Source of the DNA: Candidatus Eiseniibacteriota bacterium
GTDB taxonomy: Bacteria > ARS69
Length of the DNA: 64,000 nt
NCBI GenBank assembly: GCA_052390515.1
Contig: JBQTGV010000011.1
Coordinates: 9,576-73,575, forward strand
Direction of reading: 5' to 3'
This document shows positions 61,434-64,000 of the stretch, in pieces. The notes beneath the pieces were generated by a model that was not told the DNA's origin, made no database searches, and saw only the letters and a program-made list of their open reading frames with translations. Within the stretch, counting starts at the first letter, position 1. Each line of letters begins with the position of its first letter. Position numbers and translations under genes: made by a program.

Positions 61434-64000
61434 ATGCGATTCCGATACCACCGGCCCGCACGGCTCTGCGTCGTGCTGGCACTCGCCGCGGGTCCCGCGT
61501 TCGCGTTCGTTCCGCACGCCGAGAATCACGGCCTCGAGTTCCCGCTCCTGTACGATGCCGTACCGCAGGCCTACCCCACGGCTCGCGCCGCGGACGTCGG
61601 ACTCGTCCGGTCCTCGAGCCTGGATCCGACCTGGATGATCCAGGCGAACCCGCGGACGGGGACGATCCAATCGGCGTACGGCGGCAGGGCGCAGCTGGCC
61701 GCGGCTGTAACCAGCGAGGCCCAGGCGGAGACCCTCGCCCGGGGCTTCCTCCTCGGCCACACGGATCTGCTGGGCGTGCGCAACGAGAACATGCAGCTGC
61801 GCAGCGTTCGCCACTGGAACGGCAAGTACGCGGTGCACTACCGGCAGGTGCTCTTCGGCCTTCCGGTCCACACCGCGACGGCATGGGTGCTGATGCGCGC
61901 CGACGGTCGCGTGGCCGGGTTCGGCTCGGACTTCATTCCCGAAACCGGTGACATTCCCGCGCACGCCACGCTGTCCGAGGCGCAGGCTGTGGAGCGCGCC
62001 GCGGCGGCTCTCGGGACGACGCCACGCACCGATGCGCCCGTGGAGGTCTCGCAGCTCTACGTGCCTGCACCGGCTGGCGAGCTGCTCGAGCTGACCATCG
62101 CCTATCGCGTGGTCTTCGAGTCCGAGGAGCCGTTCGGCAAGTGGGAGAGCACCGTCCACGGAATCACCGGCGAGGTCCTCGCGCGGCGGAACCTCTACTT
62201 CCCGATCAACGTGATCGGGAACGTGGACGGCGACGTGCAGAACCAGCTGCCGACGCTGGCGTACTGCGATGGACCCGGCACGGAGCCGCTATCGAATCTC
62301 ACGGTCAGCGTCTCCGGCGGCAACAGCGACGCCACGGACGCGTCCGGTACGTTCAACGTCAATCACGGCGGTGCTTCCGCCGTCAACGTGACCGCCACGC
62401 TGAGCGGTCCGTACATCAATGTCAACCGCGTCTCCGGGATCGGCTCCGACGCGAGCATCACCCAGAGTGTCACCCCGGGTACGCCGGCCACCTTCTCGTT
62501 CACCACCGGCAACGCCCGCCGCGACGAGATGGACACGTTCTTCCACGGCAACCGTATCCGCGACTTCATGATCGGGCTGGACCCGACGTTCACGAACCTG
62601 GACGTGCCCGTGGTCAGCAATGTCGGCAACGCTCCCGGCGTCGGCTTCTGCCCCGGCAACGCTTGGTGGAACATCGGCGGCGCGAACATGAACTTCTGCA
62701 TCGCGGACGCCACCTATGGCAACACCGGCGAGATGGGGAACGTGATCTACCACGAGTACGGCCACGGAATCACCGAGATGGTGTACTCGCGGAACGGCCA
62801 GAGCCAGCCGGTCGGGGACCTGCACGAGGGGAACTCGGACGTCGTCGCGAACTTCCTGGATCGCAACCCCCACATCGGGCTGGGATTCTTCCTGGGCAAC
62901 TGCACGTCGGGCATTCGCAACGCCAGCAACACGCTGCAGTGGCCCGCGGACAACAACGGCGGGCACTTCGGCGGCCAGATCATCGCCGGGTTCCACTGGG
63001 ATGCCTGGCAGTCGATGCTCGGCTCGATGCCGCAAGCGCAGGCCGACTCCATCGCGTTCCACACCTGGCACTACGCACGGGACATGGGGACGCCGACGAA
63101 TCAGGCGGCGCAGGTGTTGTGGACCTTCATGATGGACGACGACGACGCGGACGTGACCAACGGGACGCCGAACCATGATCACTTCTGCCTCGCGGCGGCG
63201 AATCACGGGTTCTCGTGCACCGAGATCCTCGCGGTGGGGATCACGCACACGCCGCTCCCGACCACGACCGACGACTCGATCGGCTACACCGTCGTGGCTC
63301 AGTGCACGTCCTCCGTCGCGGCGATCGATCCTGCGGAGGTCAAGCTGACCTACCAGGTGGACGGCGGCCCGGACACCGAGCTGCTGATGACCGCCACCGG
63401 GAACCCCGACGAGTACAGCGCAACGATTCCCGCGCAGGATCAGCACAGCGAGATCGAGTACTTCATCTCGGCGATGGACCTGGCCGCGAACGGGAACGAG
63501 GAGCCGTTCCTCACCGAGCTGACCGGCAAGCGGTTCGCGTTCGACGTGGTCATGACTCTCGAGTCGATGGAGACGGGTGCCGCCGGCTGGACGACGATCG
63601 ACGCGGCGAGCAGCGGCGAGTGGGGTCTCTTCAATCCGGTCGGCACGGCCGCGCAGCCCGAGGACGACTCGACTCCCGCCCCGGGCACTCTGTGCTTCAT
63701 CACCGGACAATGCGGGGCAGGTCACGGAACGTGCACCGCCGCCTGCGGCTCGGGCGATCTGGGCTGCAACGACGTCGACGCCGGGACCGTGACGCTGCTG
63801 TCGCCGGTCTACGACCTCAGCGCATTCGACCAGGTCACGGTCAAGTACGACCGTTGGTACTCGAACAACACCGGCGCGGATCCCAACAACGACTTCTGGT
63901 TGGTGGAGATTTCCAACGACGCTGGGGCGAGCTGGACGACCGTGGAGAACACGTCGGTGTCGGCGGCGTCCTGGACGAGCGTCGGGTTCGACGTGGACGC
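61434..64000 (+). CDS. Secreted zinc metalloprotease (HEXXH; M4/M36 fungalysin-thermolysin-like) with a C-terminal accessory domain, 3'-truncated by the window
   Basis: Signal peptide 'MRFRYHRPARLCVVLALAAGPAFAF'. An FTP/PepSY-like propeptide region. 'VIYHEYGHGITE' is HExxH and 'HEGNSD' is the downstream Glu motif. The continuous open frame to the window end was translated manually. Confidence 0.7.
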   Translation, partial: MRFRYHRPARLCVVLALAAGPAFAFVPHAENHGLEFPLLYDAVPQAYPTARAADVGLVRSSSLDPTWMIQANPRTGTIQSAYGGRAQLAAAVTSEAQAETLARGFLLGHTDLLGVRNENMQLRSVRHWNGKYAVHYRQVLFGLPVHTATAWVLMRADGRVAGFGSDFIPETGDIPAHATLSEAQAVERAAAALGTTPRTDAPVEVSQLYVPAPAGELLELTIAYRVVFESEEPFGKWESTVHGITGEVLARRNLYFPINVIGNVDGDVQNQLPTLAYCDGPGTEPLSNLTVSVSGGNSDATDASGTFNVNHGGASAVNVTATLSGPYINVNRVSGIGSDASITQSVTPGTPATFSFTTGNARRDEMDTFFHGNRIRDFMIGLDPTFTNLDVPVVSNVGNAPGVGFCPGNAWWNIGGANMNFCIADATYGNTGEMGNVIYHEYGHGITEMVYSRNGQSQPVGDLHEGNSDVVANFLDRNPHIGLGFFLGNCTSGIRNASNTLQWPADNNGGHFGGQIIAGFHWDAWQSMLGSMPQAQADSIAFHTWHYARDMGTPTNQAAQVLWTFMMDDDDADVTNGTPNHDHFCLAAANHGFSCTEILAVGITHTPLPTTTDDSIGYTVVAQCTSSVAAIDPAEVKLTYQVDGGPDTELLMTATGNPDEYSATIPAQDQHSEIEYFISAMDLAANGNEEPFLTELTGKRFAFDVVMTLESMETGAAGWTTIDAASSGEWGLFNPVGTAAQPEDDSTPAPGTLCFITGQCGAGHGTCTAACGSGDLGCNDVDAGTVTLLSPVYDLSAFDQVTVKYDRWYSNNTGADPNNDFWLVEISNDAGASWTTVENTSVSAASWTSVGFDVD

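Noticed and set aside
1-64000. Mobile elements, prophage, CRISPR arrays, tRNA genes.
   Set aside because: There are no transposase, integrase or phage structural ORFs. No regularly spaced short repeats were found. The longest repeats are the 17-nt pair at 18843-18903 and local palindromes. The only intergenic regions long enough to hold a tRNA are 9571-9879, 52294-52724 and 59943-60334. None shows a cloverleaf with a GTTCGA/TPsiC-type arm, and I cannot run tRNAscan.

Overview
The window is about 70% GC and gene-dense, and looks like an aerobic Gram-negative bacterium. The evidence for that is RND efflux components, a cbb3 oxidase cluster and a Sec-type lipoprotein. The phylum cannot be assigned from sequence alone; a Gemmatimonadota-, Acidobacteriota- or Myxococcota-like soil organism is plausible. 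I call about 55 genes, and many share 4-nt ATGA/GTGA start-stop overlaps. I see no rRNA, no tRNA I can support, no CRISPR and no transposase or integrase.

Gene content from left to right:
- A surface-polysaccharide block: an RgpF-like/GT2 fusion, a second glycosyltransferase, then mobA.
- Housekeeping genes: typA, an Obg/DRG-type GTPase, murI and acpH.
- A MATE exporter and a GT2 / GT-C membrane glycosyltransferase pair.
- A minus-strand operon of ECF sigma factor, Ser/Thr kinase, two tandem paralogous small membrane proteins, a VOC (bleomycin-resistance-like) protein, HlyD and a peptidase-C39 ABC exporter.
- A patch of small stress genes: three DinB paralogs, an Lrp regulator and SRPBCC/AHSA1-like proteins.
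- An S9 peptidase.
- An MdtABC-like RND efflux operon (adaptor plus two tandem RND permeases).
- A minus-strand operon of fused MFS/spermidine-synthase/TPR, a Trm112-like methyltransferase, an APH-family kinase and a radical-SAM/SPASM enzyme.
- A complete cbb3 cytochrome oxidase cluster with a ccoN-ccoO fusion (DsbD_2-like, ccoI, ccoS, ccoNO, ccoQ, ccoP, ccoG).
- A Sec-signal-bearing Ni-superoxide dismutase.
- A 430-nt structured intergenic region containing a perfectly Shine-Dalgarno-preceded 14-codon ORF.
- A giant membrane-anchored HEAT-repeat protein translationally coupled to a PgaC-like GT2 synthase with a long C-terminal extension.
- DUF72, a HAD-IIA hydrolase, an O-methyltransferase, and a 3'-partial secreted HEXXH metalloprotease.

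The most promising candidates for undescribed systems are the ECF/STK-to-C39-exporter operon, the rSAM/kinase/methyltransferase/MFS-SpeE operon, the HEAT-GT2 synthase pair and the small-ORF region upstream of sodN.
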